A DNA stretch of 64,000 nucleotides, taken from contig CP158635.1 in NCBI GenBank assembly GCA_050273025.1, forward strand, positions 23,498,001 through 23,562,000. Direction: 5' to 3'. The notes under the pieces were generated by a model that was given only the letters and a program-made list of their open reading frames with translations, was not told the DNA's origin and did not search any database. Position 1 is the first letter of the stretch; every line of letters begins with the position of its first letter. Source of the stretch: Cenococcum geophilum. Taxonomy: Eukaryota. Of this stretch, positions 39,702 through 50,704 are shown piece after piece. The translations under genes and the position numbers were made by a program.

Positions 39702-41216
39702 ATGTCACGATTCTCCCCCCTCAACTTCCTAGAACCCTCCCTGCCTCCACTCTGCGAACCCGAAAACCAATTTCTCTACCACATCTCCGCCACCTTCCAT
39801 ACCTGCGTCCCGACCAACCTAGCATTAATATCTACCCTCCTGGGCGCATGCAGCATCCTATCATGGCTGTTCGCGCAGCTCCCGCAGATATACAAGAACT
39901 ACACCCTTAAATCGACATCCGGCCTCAGTGTCTTCTTCCTGACCGAATGGCTGCTCGGCGACGCCTCCAACTTCCTCGGCTGCATATTCACAAGCCAGGC
40001 GCTGTGGCAGATCCTACTCGGCGGCTACTACTGCTCCGTCGACATGGTGCTAGTAAGCCAATGGCTCTGGTACGAGCGACTCGGACACGGCCGGCCCCTG
40101 CGCAGCGCATGGGATACGCTTAGCCACAAGCGCAGCTCCTCCAACAACGACGACGACTCCTTCTCCGGGTCAGACGGGATAACAGAGGTGTTGGACGGGA
40201 TCAGCGTGGGCAGCAGCACACCCGGCAGCGAGCGGCCACGCAGCAGCAGCGACAAGAAAGACGGCTACGGCCACGGCGGCGGCGCCAGGAACCCGCTCGA
40301 TGTGCCGCTGCCGCACCGCTCCAACCCAATGGACGTATTCCGCATCCCGAACTTCGCCCGCTCGCCCGCCTCGCCCAGGGACGAGCTCGCGCGCAGCATC
40401 GCGTCGTCCTCCTCCGCCCCCTTCTCCTCCACCCCACCCCCCGGCGCCGCGCCGCACAGAACGATCCACCGCGTCGCGCGCGGGAGCTCCCCCATGCCGT
40501 CTCCCAAGACGCTGCTGTACATCTCGCTGCTCCTCGCCATCGCAGCCCAGCACACCGCCGCAACCTCCCTCCACCCCGTCCCCGCCCCCCACCCCGCCGA
40601 CCCCACCCCAGCCCTCTCCCTCGGCACCATCCTCTCCTGGCTCAGCACGCTCCTCTACCTCGGGTCGCGCCTCCCGCAACTCTACAAGAACCACCGCCGC
40701 CGCAGCACCGCCGGCCTCTCCGCGACCCTCTTCGCCGCCGCGTTTTTCGGCAACCTGTTCTATGCCTCCTCGCTGCTGGCGAATCCCTGCGCCTGGACCG
40801 ACTTCGCGCCGGGGGAAGGCAGAGGCTGGGTTGGGGAGGAGGGCAGTCGGCGCGCGGACTGGGTGGCGCGCGCGCTGCCGTTTTGGCTTGGGGCGGCGGG
40901 CGTGCTGGTGATGGATGCGGCGGTGGGTGTGCAGTTTCTTGTTTTTGGGGATGGGGAGGCCGCGCGGGAGGGGGGGAAGAGGAGGAGGGAGACTGTAGTG
41001 GTTGTTGGGAGGGGCGAGGGAAGGGTGGGAGAGATGGGAGCGGATGGGCGCGGGAGGAGGTGGCGCTGGCATAGGGTTAGTGGGTGGATGCGGGGCTGGG
41101 TCCCGAGTGTGAGTGTCGCGGGGACGCCGAGGGGGGTTAGTCCTGCTAGAAGTGCCAGAGGGGACGAGGGGAGAGCGTTGTTGGGGGCGGAGAGGGGAGG
41201 GTATGGTGGTGTTTAG
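39702..41216 (+). CDS. PQ-loop vacuolar cationic amino-acid transporter (YPQ/RTC2-like)
   Basis: Two PQ-loop repeats (WLFAQLPQIYKNY...GLS...WLLGD; YLGSRLPQLYKNH...GLS...FFGNLFY) separated by a long low-complexity loop. First ATG at 39702. Confidence 0.9.
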   Translation: MSRFSPLNFLEPSLPPLCEPENQFLYHISATFHTCVPTNLALISTLLGACSILSWLFAQLPQIYKNYTLKSTSGLSVFFLTEWLLGDASNFLGCIFTSQALWQILLGGYYCSVDMVLVSQWLWYERLGHGRPLRSAWDTLSHKRSSSNNDDDSFSGSDGITEVLDGISVGSSTPGSERPRSSSDKKDGYGHGGGARNPLDVPLPHRSNPMDVFRIPNFARSPASPRDELARSIASSSSAPFSSTPPPGAAPHRTIHRVARGSSPMPSPKTLLYISLLLAIAAQHTAATSLHPVPAPHPADPTPALSLGTILSWLSTLLYLGSRLPQLYKNHRRRSTAGLSATLFAAAFFGNLFYASSLLANPCAWTDFAPGEGRGWVGEEGSRRADWVARALPFWLGAAGVLVMDAAVGVQFLVFGDGEAAREGGKRRRETVVVVGRGEGRVGEMGADGRGRRWRWHRVSGWMRGWVPSVSVAGTPRGVSPARSARGDEGRALLGAERGGYGGV

Positions 41217-43451
41217 ATGCCTTTTGGGCGGATAGGTTTAGAGATGAGGGTAGCGGATGATGGGCTTTAGAGCGTCCCGGTTTTGCATGGCTATTTCGAA
41301 CATGCCAGCGCGGTTCCTTTTTTTGAGGGGCCCTGGGATTCAGCGGCTGCATGCGAGCATATTTGACATTTTTGGCATGGCATGTGGCATGGCATACAGC
41401 ATTTCATGGATCTGTTCTTTCGTTTTTCTGGGTATCGGGATGTCAGGTCTTCCGTCTGTTTCTCCGCTTTCCTGCATCCTCTAGACGGCAGGTGGTTGGC
41501 TGGGGATGATGGCCTGTTTGGCTTTCTCCCGATTTATGTGTCTCTTTTGGGGGAAGGGGAGCTTTTATCGCATGGCATGGCATTAGTAGACGGTTAGAAT
41601 TGGGGGGGAATGTCTGATATAGTGCAATACAATAGTAAGAGTGCGTTACAATGGTGTATTGAGCCGGTGTAAATCTCAGAGAGAACAGAAGCTGATAGTT
41701 GACGGCTTGGGAGACTGGCGGCTTCCAAAAACCCAACTCGCCCAATACAGACACAACACCACCACAATCAAATGTCGTACCGGCCAAGACATATTCAGAA
41801 AGCCAATAACTTCCATTTGCTGCAAAGCTTTGTTATTGGTTATAGGAAAGAAGGGGACAACGCCTGATTACTCGGCTGCAAATACCACTTGGTATTAGCA
41901 GTCCGCTGCTCCGGAAGCATGCTGTAAAATTTCGGTATAATGAGTGTGCATGTTTGTAGGGGATCAAGGCTTGTCTTCAGCTAGGCGCTTCTATCCGCAT
42001 GATCCGAATGATGGCGCCCAATTGCGTCCAACAACACATGGCTGCGGCTGTGAAGGTGTGTCTCGTGGGCCCCCATAACAGCCTCAGTGCTGCCGCTGCT
42101 GCTCGGTTCTTTTGTTGCACCTTTGTTCCTACCCCGGTTCCCACTCCGGTTCCCGTCGCTGCAGACTGACACGCGAGCGATCGCGTCTTTCGCGTGGCAA
42201 TGAGACGCTGGCTTGAGCGACGGGCGAAAGGCCCCGCGAACACTGACGCTTCCTCCGCCAGCACATCCACGATCTCATCCACAACGCCTCCAGCCTCGAG
42301 AAAGGTCTTTCCGTCCGGCATCAAGCTACTCCACAAGACAACAGACAGCGTTGTCGAGTAAGTTCAGCTCCGTATACTCTAGGCGGATCTACTACTAACT
42401 CGCTGCCCAGCATCATATTCATCCACGGCCTGACGGGAGACCGTGAGAAGACGTGGACGGCCAAGGGCGCAGCGGCGCCATGGCCTCAAACGCTGCTACC
42501 ACTCAAAGTCCCCAACGCACGCATCCTCACGTTCGGATACGACGCATATATAGCAAATTGGCGGGGCATGGTATCCCAGAATCGAATTGGGAATCATGCC
42601 ATGAACCTTCTGGCTGCGGTCGCAGCGTTCAGGGACGATGATGACACGGTTAGCGCAAACACGGCTATTAATTAGGAAGTCGCGCTTACCGTAGCAGAAT
42701 CATCGTCCTCTCATCTTCGTGGTCACAGTCTGGGTGGGCTAGTCTGTGAGAATGTAAGACTTCCAATACAGCGCCTGATTAGTTGACAGCCCACTAACAC
42801 GATCTGCAGGCTCTAGTTATAGCGGACCAGCGGCCAGAGAAACATCTAAAGAGCATACTCGAGCTCACTCGCGGCATCGTATTCCTCGGCACGCCGCATC
42901 ACGGCTCTAGCCTCGCTAGATGGGCTGAGATGCTCGCGAGGTCAATCGGGCTCTTTAAGCAGACGAATCCCGAGATTCTCCAAGTCCTTAAGACCGACTC
43001 GGAGGTTCTTGCGCATATCCAAGACAGTTTCCACACGATGATTAGATCGCGGGCTGGCGCTACGCTTCCACTGATCGACATTACGTGCTTCTATGAAGAA
43101 TTGCCCCTCCCGGGAGTCGGTACTGTAAGTTCACCTGCCCTTTATTCTCTCCGTATACTGACATCGCTTCAGGTTGTGCCTTCACACTCCGCTATCCTAC
43201 CCGGCTATATTCCAATCGGGATACGAAACAACCACATAAATATGACAAAGTTCGAGAATGCGAATGATCCCGGTTTCGCTATCTTTGCTGGAGAGCTTCG
43301 TCGTTGGGTAAAACACCTGGCAGCAGTAGAGAATACCGGCGTGCCTGAGGTGATTACCGCGCAACCATCGCAGGCAGAGCAGCGGCAGGATCGCGCACAA
43401 CGTACGTAAAAGCAACATAGTTCAGAACGCGGCTAAAGCTAGAGTGAACAG

Positions 43452-43550
43452 TCCCGTTCCCACATATTACATTCTCTGGCCCAGAAAATTATGGTAGCCA
43501 GGTAGGCTATAACACAGGGAGCGTTACAAACAACTTCAATCTTCCGACCG
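43452..43550 (+). other. 99-nt symmetric (phase 1/1) exon encoding a PP/RHIM-like amyloid signalling motif
   Basis: Bounded by introns 43402-43451 (GTACGT...CTAA...CAG) and 43551-43610 (GTAAGC...CTAA...TAG). Translates (L)PFPHITFSGPENYGSQVGYNTGSVTNNFNLPT, in frame with both neighbours. Confidence 0.8.
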
Positions 43551-45164
43551 GTAAGCCAGCAGCCTTGGTGACTTTAGAAAGTTCGCCATGCTAAACCCGC
43601 AATCGCGTAGAACGACCCGAGACGCCGCCCATCCCGCTATCCACCGTTCCATTCTCTCGCGACCCTGACTTTGTCGAGCGCAAGACGATGCTAGATCAGA
43701 TTCACAGCAAGTGCTCCATGCCGGCGTCTAGGACCGCACTTGTCGGGCTAGGCGGAGTTGGGTGAGTTCCAAAAGCGCGGACTAAGCTAGATCGCTGAGC
43801 ACTGCCATAGGAAGTCGCAGCTTGCGATCGAGTACTCGTATCGAGTGAGAGAGCAGTCACCCGGAACGTGGGTGTTCTGGATACATGCGAGCAACGCCGC
43901 TCGTTTCGAGCAGAGCTTCTGCGATGTCGCGGACCAAGTTAAGCTCCCCGGCCGGCGGAACCCTAAAATAGATATATTCAAGGCAGTTCACGACTGGCTG
44001 CGGGATGAAAAGCATGGGAGGTGGATTGTTGTCCTCGACAACGCCGACGATGCTCGATTTCTTGTCGAGTCTGCGCCCACGAGGCAGTCAGCACAGGCAG
44101 GCAGCGTAACAACGCAGCCATTGTCCGCATATTTGCCCCGGAGTCAAAATGGTTCGGTCCTGATCACGACCCGGAACAAAAGTGTGGCGCTGAGGCTGGT
44201 CGAAGAGCGCAATATAATTGCGGTGGAGCCAATGGATGAGGTGCACGCAGTGGACCTGCTTGACCGAAAGCTAGGATATCAGAACGATGCGAAGGACACT
44301 GCTGAGCTTGCTGCCGCGCTTGAGTTTATGCCGCTTGCAATTGTGCAGGCGGCTGCATATATCTGCCACCGAACGCCGCGATATTCAGTTCGACAGTACC
44401 TAGAGAAGTTCCGCAAGAACGACAGGCAAAAGTCAAGGCTCCTCGGAGATGACACTGGACAGTTCCGCAGAGACTGGGATGCTAAGAACTCTATTATCAT
44501 AACCTGGCAAATATCGTTCGATCATGTACAGCAGACCCGGCCCTCTGCGGCGGATCTTCTGTCGCTGATGAGCCTTTTCGACCGGCAGGGGATTCCTGAA
44601 GACTTGCTACGGGATCGAAGTGAAGCACAGAACGAAGGTGATGAGGGGTCTCCACATATAAGCGGTGATAATGAGCGTGAAGATAGTAAAGACGGCGCAT
44701 CCGTGTCTAGTATGGACGAGTTTGAAGACGATCTTTTGGTGCTTAGAGACTGCTCGTTTGTATTCGGCGCAAACAGCACTACTTTGGAGATGCACAGGTT
44801 GGTGCAGCTAGCGACCCGTAAATGGCTCGAGACCCATGGGCAGCTCGAAAGATGGAAGCGGCAATACGTCAAGAATCTATGTGCGGCGTTTCCCACAGGC
44901 GAGTACGAAAACTGGGGGGTGTGCCAAGCTCTGTTTCCGCATGCGAAGGCGGCGCTTGAGCAGAAGCCAGAAGGTGAACGCGCTTTACTGCAGTGGGCCT
45001 CAGTCTTGTACAAAGCGGCATGGTATGCATGGACCAAAGGAACTATATCCGATGCAGAAAATATGTCCACACAGTCTATGAAGCTAAGAGAAAAGCTACT
45101 TGGACAAGATAATAAGGAGACACTGACGAGTATGGCGATGGTGGCACTGGCGAGACACCTTGCA

Positions 45165-47054
45165 GGACGATGGACGGAGGCAGAAGAGCTAGAGGTGCGA
45201 GTGATGGAGACGGGAAAGAGGGTGCTGGGAGAGGAGCATCCAGACACGCTGACCAGCATGGCCAATCTGGCGTCGACGTATCGGAATCAAGGGCGATGGA
45301 CGGAGGCAGAAGAGCTGTTTGTGCGAGTGATGGAGACGAGTTTGAGGGCGCTGGGAGAGGAGCATCCTTCCACGCTGACTAGCATGGCTAATCTGGCGTC
45401 GACGTACTGGAATCAAGGACGATGGACGGAGGCGGAAGAGCTGCAGGCACGAGAGTTAAAGCTATGTTCAAAGGCACTTGGGGAGGAGCATCCTTCCACG
45501 CTAACTAGCATGGCCAATCTGGCGTCGACGTACCGGAATCAAGGACGATGGACGGAGGCAGAAGAGCTGGAGGTGCGAGTGATAGAGACGAGAAAGAGGG
45601 TGCTGGGAGAGGAGCATCCAGACACGCTGACCAGCATGGCTAATCTGGCGTCGACGTTTTGGAATCAAGGACGATGGACGGAGGCGGAAGAGCTGGACGT
45701 GCGGGTAATAGAGACAAGAAAGAGGGCGCTAGGAGAGGAGCATCCAGACACGCTGACCAGCATGGCTAATCTGGCGTCGACGTACCGGAATCAAGGACGA
45801 TGGACGGAGGCAGAAGAACTGTTTGTGCGAGTGATAGAGACGAGTTCGAGGGTGCTGGGAGAGGAGCATCCAGACACGCTGACCAGCATGGCTAATCTGG
45901 CGTCGACGTACTGGAATCAAGGACGATGGACGGAAGCAGAAGAGCTGTTTGTGCGAGTAATGGAGACGAGAAAGAGGGTGCTAGGAGAGGAGCATCCAAA
46001 CACGCTGAGCAGCATGGCCAATCTGGCGTCGACGTACCAGAATCAAGGACGACGGACGGACGCAGAAGAGCTGTTTGTGCGAGTGATGGAGACGAGTTCG
46101 AGAGTGCTGGGAGAGGAGCATCCAAACACGCTGAACAGCATGGCCAATCTGGCGTCGACGTACCAGAATCAAGGACGATGGACGGAGGCAGAAGAGCTGG
46201 AGGTGCGAGTGATGGAGACGAGTTTGAGAGTGCTGGGAGAGGAGCATCCAGACACGCTGACCAGCATGGCTAATCTGGCGTCGACGTACCGGAATCAAGG
46301 ACGATGGACGGAGGCAGAAGAGCTAGAGGTGCGAGTAATGGAGACGAGAAAGAGGGCGCTAGGAGAGGAGCATCCAAACACGCTGAACAGCATGGCCAAT
46401 CTGGCGTCGACGTACTGGAATCAAGGACGATGGACGGAGGCAGAAGAGCTGGAGGTGCGAGTGATGGAGACGAGTTCGAGAGTGCTGGGAGAGGAGCATC
46501 CAAACACGCTGAGCAGCATGGCCAATCTGGCGTCGACGTACCAGAATCAAGGACGATGGACGGAGACAGAAGAGCTGGAGGTGCGAGTGATGGAGACGAG
46601 TTCGAGAGTGCTGGGAGAGGAGCATCCAGACACGCTGACCAGCATGGCTAATCTGGCATCGACGTACTGGAATCAAGGACGATGGACGGAGGCAGAAGAG
46701 CTGGAGGTGCGAGTGATGGAGACGAGTTCGAGAGTGCTGGGAGAGGAGCATCCAGACACGCTGACCAGCATGGCCAATCTGGCGTCGACGTACCGGAATC
46801 AAGGACGATGGACGGAGGCAGAAGAGCTGGGGGTACGAGTGGTAGAGACGAGTTCGAGGGTGCTTGGAGAGGAGCATCCAAACACGCTGGCCAGCATAGC
46901 TAATCTAGCGTCAACGTACCGGAATTAAGGACGATGGACGGAGGCAGAAGAGCTGCAGGCACGAGAGTTAAAGCTATGTTCAAAGGCACTTGGGGAGGAA
47001 CATCCAGACACCCTCATCAGTATGGAAAACCTTGCACGGATCTGGATCCATCAG
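45165..47054 (+). repeat. Array of 15 x 126-bp TPR-coding repeats with high internal conservation
   Basis: GGACGATGGACGGAGGCAGAAGAG recurs every 126 bp from 45165 to 46929. Confidence 0.95.
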
Positions 47055-47269
47055 AGCAATAGGAGTATGGCTGTGCAGCTATTAACTAAAGTTGTGCAAC
47101 TACGTACACGGATAATTGGCCCTGACCATCCTCACACGAGGGCATCTTTGCAGACATTGGATAGTTGGCGTAAGGAATTATAAGCAGCTGACGTTTTCCT
47201 TTTTTTAGGGGGGGGAGATCATTAGGTAGATTCGTATCTAAATGACTACGTTTAAAAACTAATACAATA

Positions 47270-48090
47270 GATAGGAAATGTATATAGGCGGTCCAGTAGC
47301 AGCCTTCGTTGGTTGTAGAGCTAACGTTCGTTAAGAGTGGCAATGATATAGTACTGAGATCGAGTACACCCGAACGTGCAGGGTGCCGACTAGTCCAGGC
47401 CACACCCTTTAACCCGATAAGTGTAATAAAACTAACTAATTTGCTAACCAAACTATATCTTGTAGCGATAATAGAAGGCTCTAAAGAACTGCTCTATAAT
47501 TAACGGCATACGTGCTAGTGATAATGTGGGGCCGGCCGCTGCTATGGTGAGGAGTCTAAGGCTTAATTAGTGATATAGGTTACTTTAGATAAGTCTAGTG
47601 GCTTGGTTTTATACTAGTTACAAGGCTGTATTACAGCACAATAGCAGTCCTGTTAGTACCTCGCCCCCAGACCCTTATTTGACGCTTGACCAAGTCTAGT
47701 AAGGTAATCGGCAGGGGCCAGGATCTTTGGGGCAACATTCAAAAGAACGCGCTTTGGGGCGGAAGCTGGTTTCGCTAGCGACTGTATCTCTCTACCCTCC
47801 CACAGACATTTAAGGACGCAATAGAGCTCACAAGACTAATTAGCGAGAACTATATCTAGATCGACGCCCTCTGCGTCATGCAGGACGATGCCGAAGAGAG
47901 AACTAACACACTACAGGTTACGCATAGGATCTATAAAGAAGCCGCTATGATCATAGTGGCGGAGAGAACGCAGACGCGGGCTTACCTGGATTATTTCCTG
48001 GTTCTCGAAGCATTGAAGAGGTAACAGCAACTGTCGATGGGGTTGGGCTTATTTTATCTCGAAAATTTCAAGAAGATGACCCCTCGACCG
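47270..48090 (+). pseudogene. HET-domain (PF06985-type) heterokaryon-incompatibility gene remnant
   Basis: From ~47794: TLPQTFKDAIELTRLISENYI*IDALCVMQDDAEERTNTLQVTHRIYKEAAMIIVA, then GENADAGLPG after a frameshift. Upstream PYLTLDQV* corresponds to the YxALSYVW motif. Conserved W codons are TAG. The 5' boundary is uncertain. Confidence 0.8.
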
Positions 48091-48586
48091 CGTGTATAAT
48101 CAATTAGATTTTTAAAAAATATATCTAGAGTACGAGTAGGGTATTAGAAAAGGTAGTAGAAAGGTACCAGTCTCAAGTCGACCCCCTATGTTTTCGCACC
48201 AAAGGCAGTCCTAAAAACAGGGGTTACTGCCACGGCTGCCGTCACTGAAATAAGAATTAGTTGACGTTGCCTGATGATGCGTCATTCCCTCAACCACTAA
48301 CTCCAACCCTCCACAATACCCCCAGGTCAAACATCCAAAGCCTGATTATGCGTGTAGTGCCATGTCTCTACGGTCAAGCTCGCATTATCCACGCGTCGTC
48401 ATTTGGCGGACAGCTCCCATTGGCAAGCCGCTAGCCACTATCGCAGGCCAAGCAGCAACATGAGATATCAGATCCCACAGTCCATTTTATTTCCTAGCGC
48501 ATAAGACATAAAAACCTTTCTTTCTTCCATCATCAACCCCGTCTTCCCAACAACCCACAATCCTCCCCCCTTCCACCACCACCACC

Positions 48587-48849
48587 GTGGCCTCCCCTCC
48601 CCCACCCCACTTCCTCTCAAACAAAACCCTTCTCATCGCCGGCGCCGGCCTCTCCGGCCTCTCCTTCGCCCTCGCCCTCCGCAAGCACCTACAATCCCTC
48701 CTCATCTACGAGCGCGAGCCCCGCGACCTGCTCCCCGGCCGCGAGGGCTACTCGATCTCGATCCGCAGCGACGCGCGCTCGGGCGGGATCCAAGCGCTAC
48801 AGAAGCTAGGCCTGCCCGACCGCGCGCTCGATGCCAGCATCACGGGCCT

Positions 48850-48890
<41 letters not shown>

Positions 48891-49925
48891 GCGGCGGTGG
48901 TGGTCTGGGATACCGCCTGGAATGAGCTGCTGAAGATCCGGCCGCGCGTGCCGGTCGGCTTGCCGGTCGGCGTGATGCGGATTGCGCGGCGGGCGCTGCG
49001 GGGCGTGCTGGTCGAGGCGGTGGAGGCGCGGGACGCGATCCGCTGGGGGGTTGCGTGCACGGGGGCTGAGCGGCTGGTGGACGGCAGGGCGCGGGTGCGG
49101 TTGAGTGATGGGGGGGTGACGGAGTGCGATATTCTGATCGCGACGGATGGGGCGAGCAGCAAGATCAGGGCGGGGTTGAGGCCGGGGGACGGTTTGCGGT
49201 TTGCGGGGGCTGTGTGCTTGAGTGGCACGGCGAGGTTTGCTGGGGGGGTGGTGCCGGAGCCTATGGATCGGGATTGGGGGATTGTGCTTGGGGGTGGTGG
49301 TGGGAAGTGCTTGTTTGTGTCGCCGGTGGATGAGCGGAGTGCGCTTTGGAGTCTGAGTTATCTGGCGTCGGGGCCGCGAGAGTGTAAGAAGCCGCCATTA
49401 AGTGAGGAGGAGAGCCAAGAGATTTGCCAGGAGGCGTTGGAGGTTGGGAAGGTTTTCAATGAGCCTTTCCAGACGCTCGTCCGTGGGACTGATCCGTCCA
49501 CTGTTATGGTTTTCAACGCCATGGATAAGCAACCTTTTGCTAACGTTGATCGAGAATATCGTGATGACCAAGCTCCGGTCGTCTTTATTGGAGACAGCAA
49601 TCATGCAGTCTCGCCTTTTGCGGGCAACGGTGCCAACCTTGCAATGGTAATAACCATGTCTCTATCTTCCTTGCTATCATTCCGGTCTCCTATACTGACC
49701 AGCACAACCTCTCTGTAGATGGATGGTTGGGATCTTGCCGAGCAGATGTGCAAATCCAGCTCGCTCCGCGCTGCTCTTGTATCATACGATAGATTGAGCG
49801 TCCCGCGTGCGAGATCCACAGTAAAGATGTCACACATGAGTATCACGGTTGGACATTCACAAGGCTGGAGGCTGTTCTTTTACGTACTCCTATTGAGGCT
49901 CGTACGGTTTATATTCTTCCGTTGA
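48587..49925 (+). pseudogene. FAD-dependent monooxygenase (group A flavoprotein hydroxylase) with a frameshift and GTG in place of ATG
   Basis: IAGAGLSG, LIYERE, ILIATDGASSKIR, FIGDSNHAVSPFAGNGANLAM/MDG (intron ~49647-49718). The frame changes within the (GGCGAC)n/(GGC)n tract at ~48851-48903. Confidence 0.8.
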
Positions 49926-50704
49926 ATAAGAGTAGTGTTTCTGGCCTTCTCAGGTGCTCTCAACTCTTTAGCGATGGCTGTATTGCAGTATCTGTATTTA
50001 TACATGTTTCAAATACTCGTCACATAATCTTAACTCAGGTGTTTATAGGAGCCAGAATACAACCCCTAACATGACTCAACTTTCGACGGCTCATGATGAC
50101 TTCAGAGTTGCTATCCAATGGTGAGTCAAAAATCATCACAAAACCGCAAAGATATAATATGAGATTTAATCGGTTCTATCTAATGTAGTAAGCCCACAAA
50201 GAGAACTAGGCGCTGCATGTTGAATTAACGCTTTGCTATATCATGCTCCTGAGCGAGCACTTTCTGCTGGTTATGGAAGTTGTCCTTCTCGTTTATGAAC
50301 CTTTGGTGCTGTTAAGCACCGAAGTAATGGCCGACGTGAGTGAAGAAATTGCATCTGTGAGGGCAGGGCTGAGCTTCCTAAGAAGATCAGAGATGTCTAC
50401 GGCAAAACGTGAGTAAATTTGCCTTTCCATCAGTAGGATGAGGTAGCTGGGGAGATGTACTCATTTGAATTTTAGAGGCAATGCCATTAAGAGTCGAATA
50501 TATCTCGCTTGCAATCTAAGCAGAAATAGAAAGAAGGGGGCTGAGAGTTGCCATTACTTGGTCAACATTACTAACTGCAATGCATTTAGTATTCGCAGCA
50601 GCGGTAGAGATTGCGGAAACAATCTGCTGAACACTGAACTGGAAGGAACTGATGATAGATTCCTTCTCAACTCCAAGCATTGCGACTGTTGAAGGGATTG
50701 GGAA

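Larger units (their letters stand above)
42200..47183 (+). pseudogene. All-in-one NLR: SesB-like alpha/beta-hydrolase, PP-type amyloid motif, NB-ARC, TPR array; carries a frameshift and a late premature stop
   Basis: Spliced reading: DIIFIHGLTG, ARILTFGYDA, GHSLGG, GIVFLGTPHHGS, CFYEELP, NHINMTKF (hydrolase); ERPETPPIPLSTVPFSRDPDFVER; P-loop GLGGVG/KS split by intron 43762-43810; WIVVLDNADD, ITTR, MPLAIVQAAAY, MHRLVQ; then 15 TPRs. One base is missing at ~42720, and TAA at 46926-46928 precedes the natural stop at 47183. Confidence 0.88.

Noticed and set aside
40028..41074. Long overlapping ORFs in the PQ-loop gene (likewise 28408-29148 and 31577-32088)
   Set aside because: They are explained by GC-rich codon usage of the real gene and show no recognisable domains.
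45170..46903. Repeated alternative-frame and antisense ORFs in the ORF track
   Set aside because: They are shadows of the 126-bp TPR repeat.
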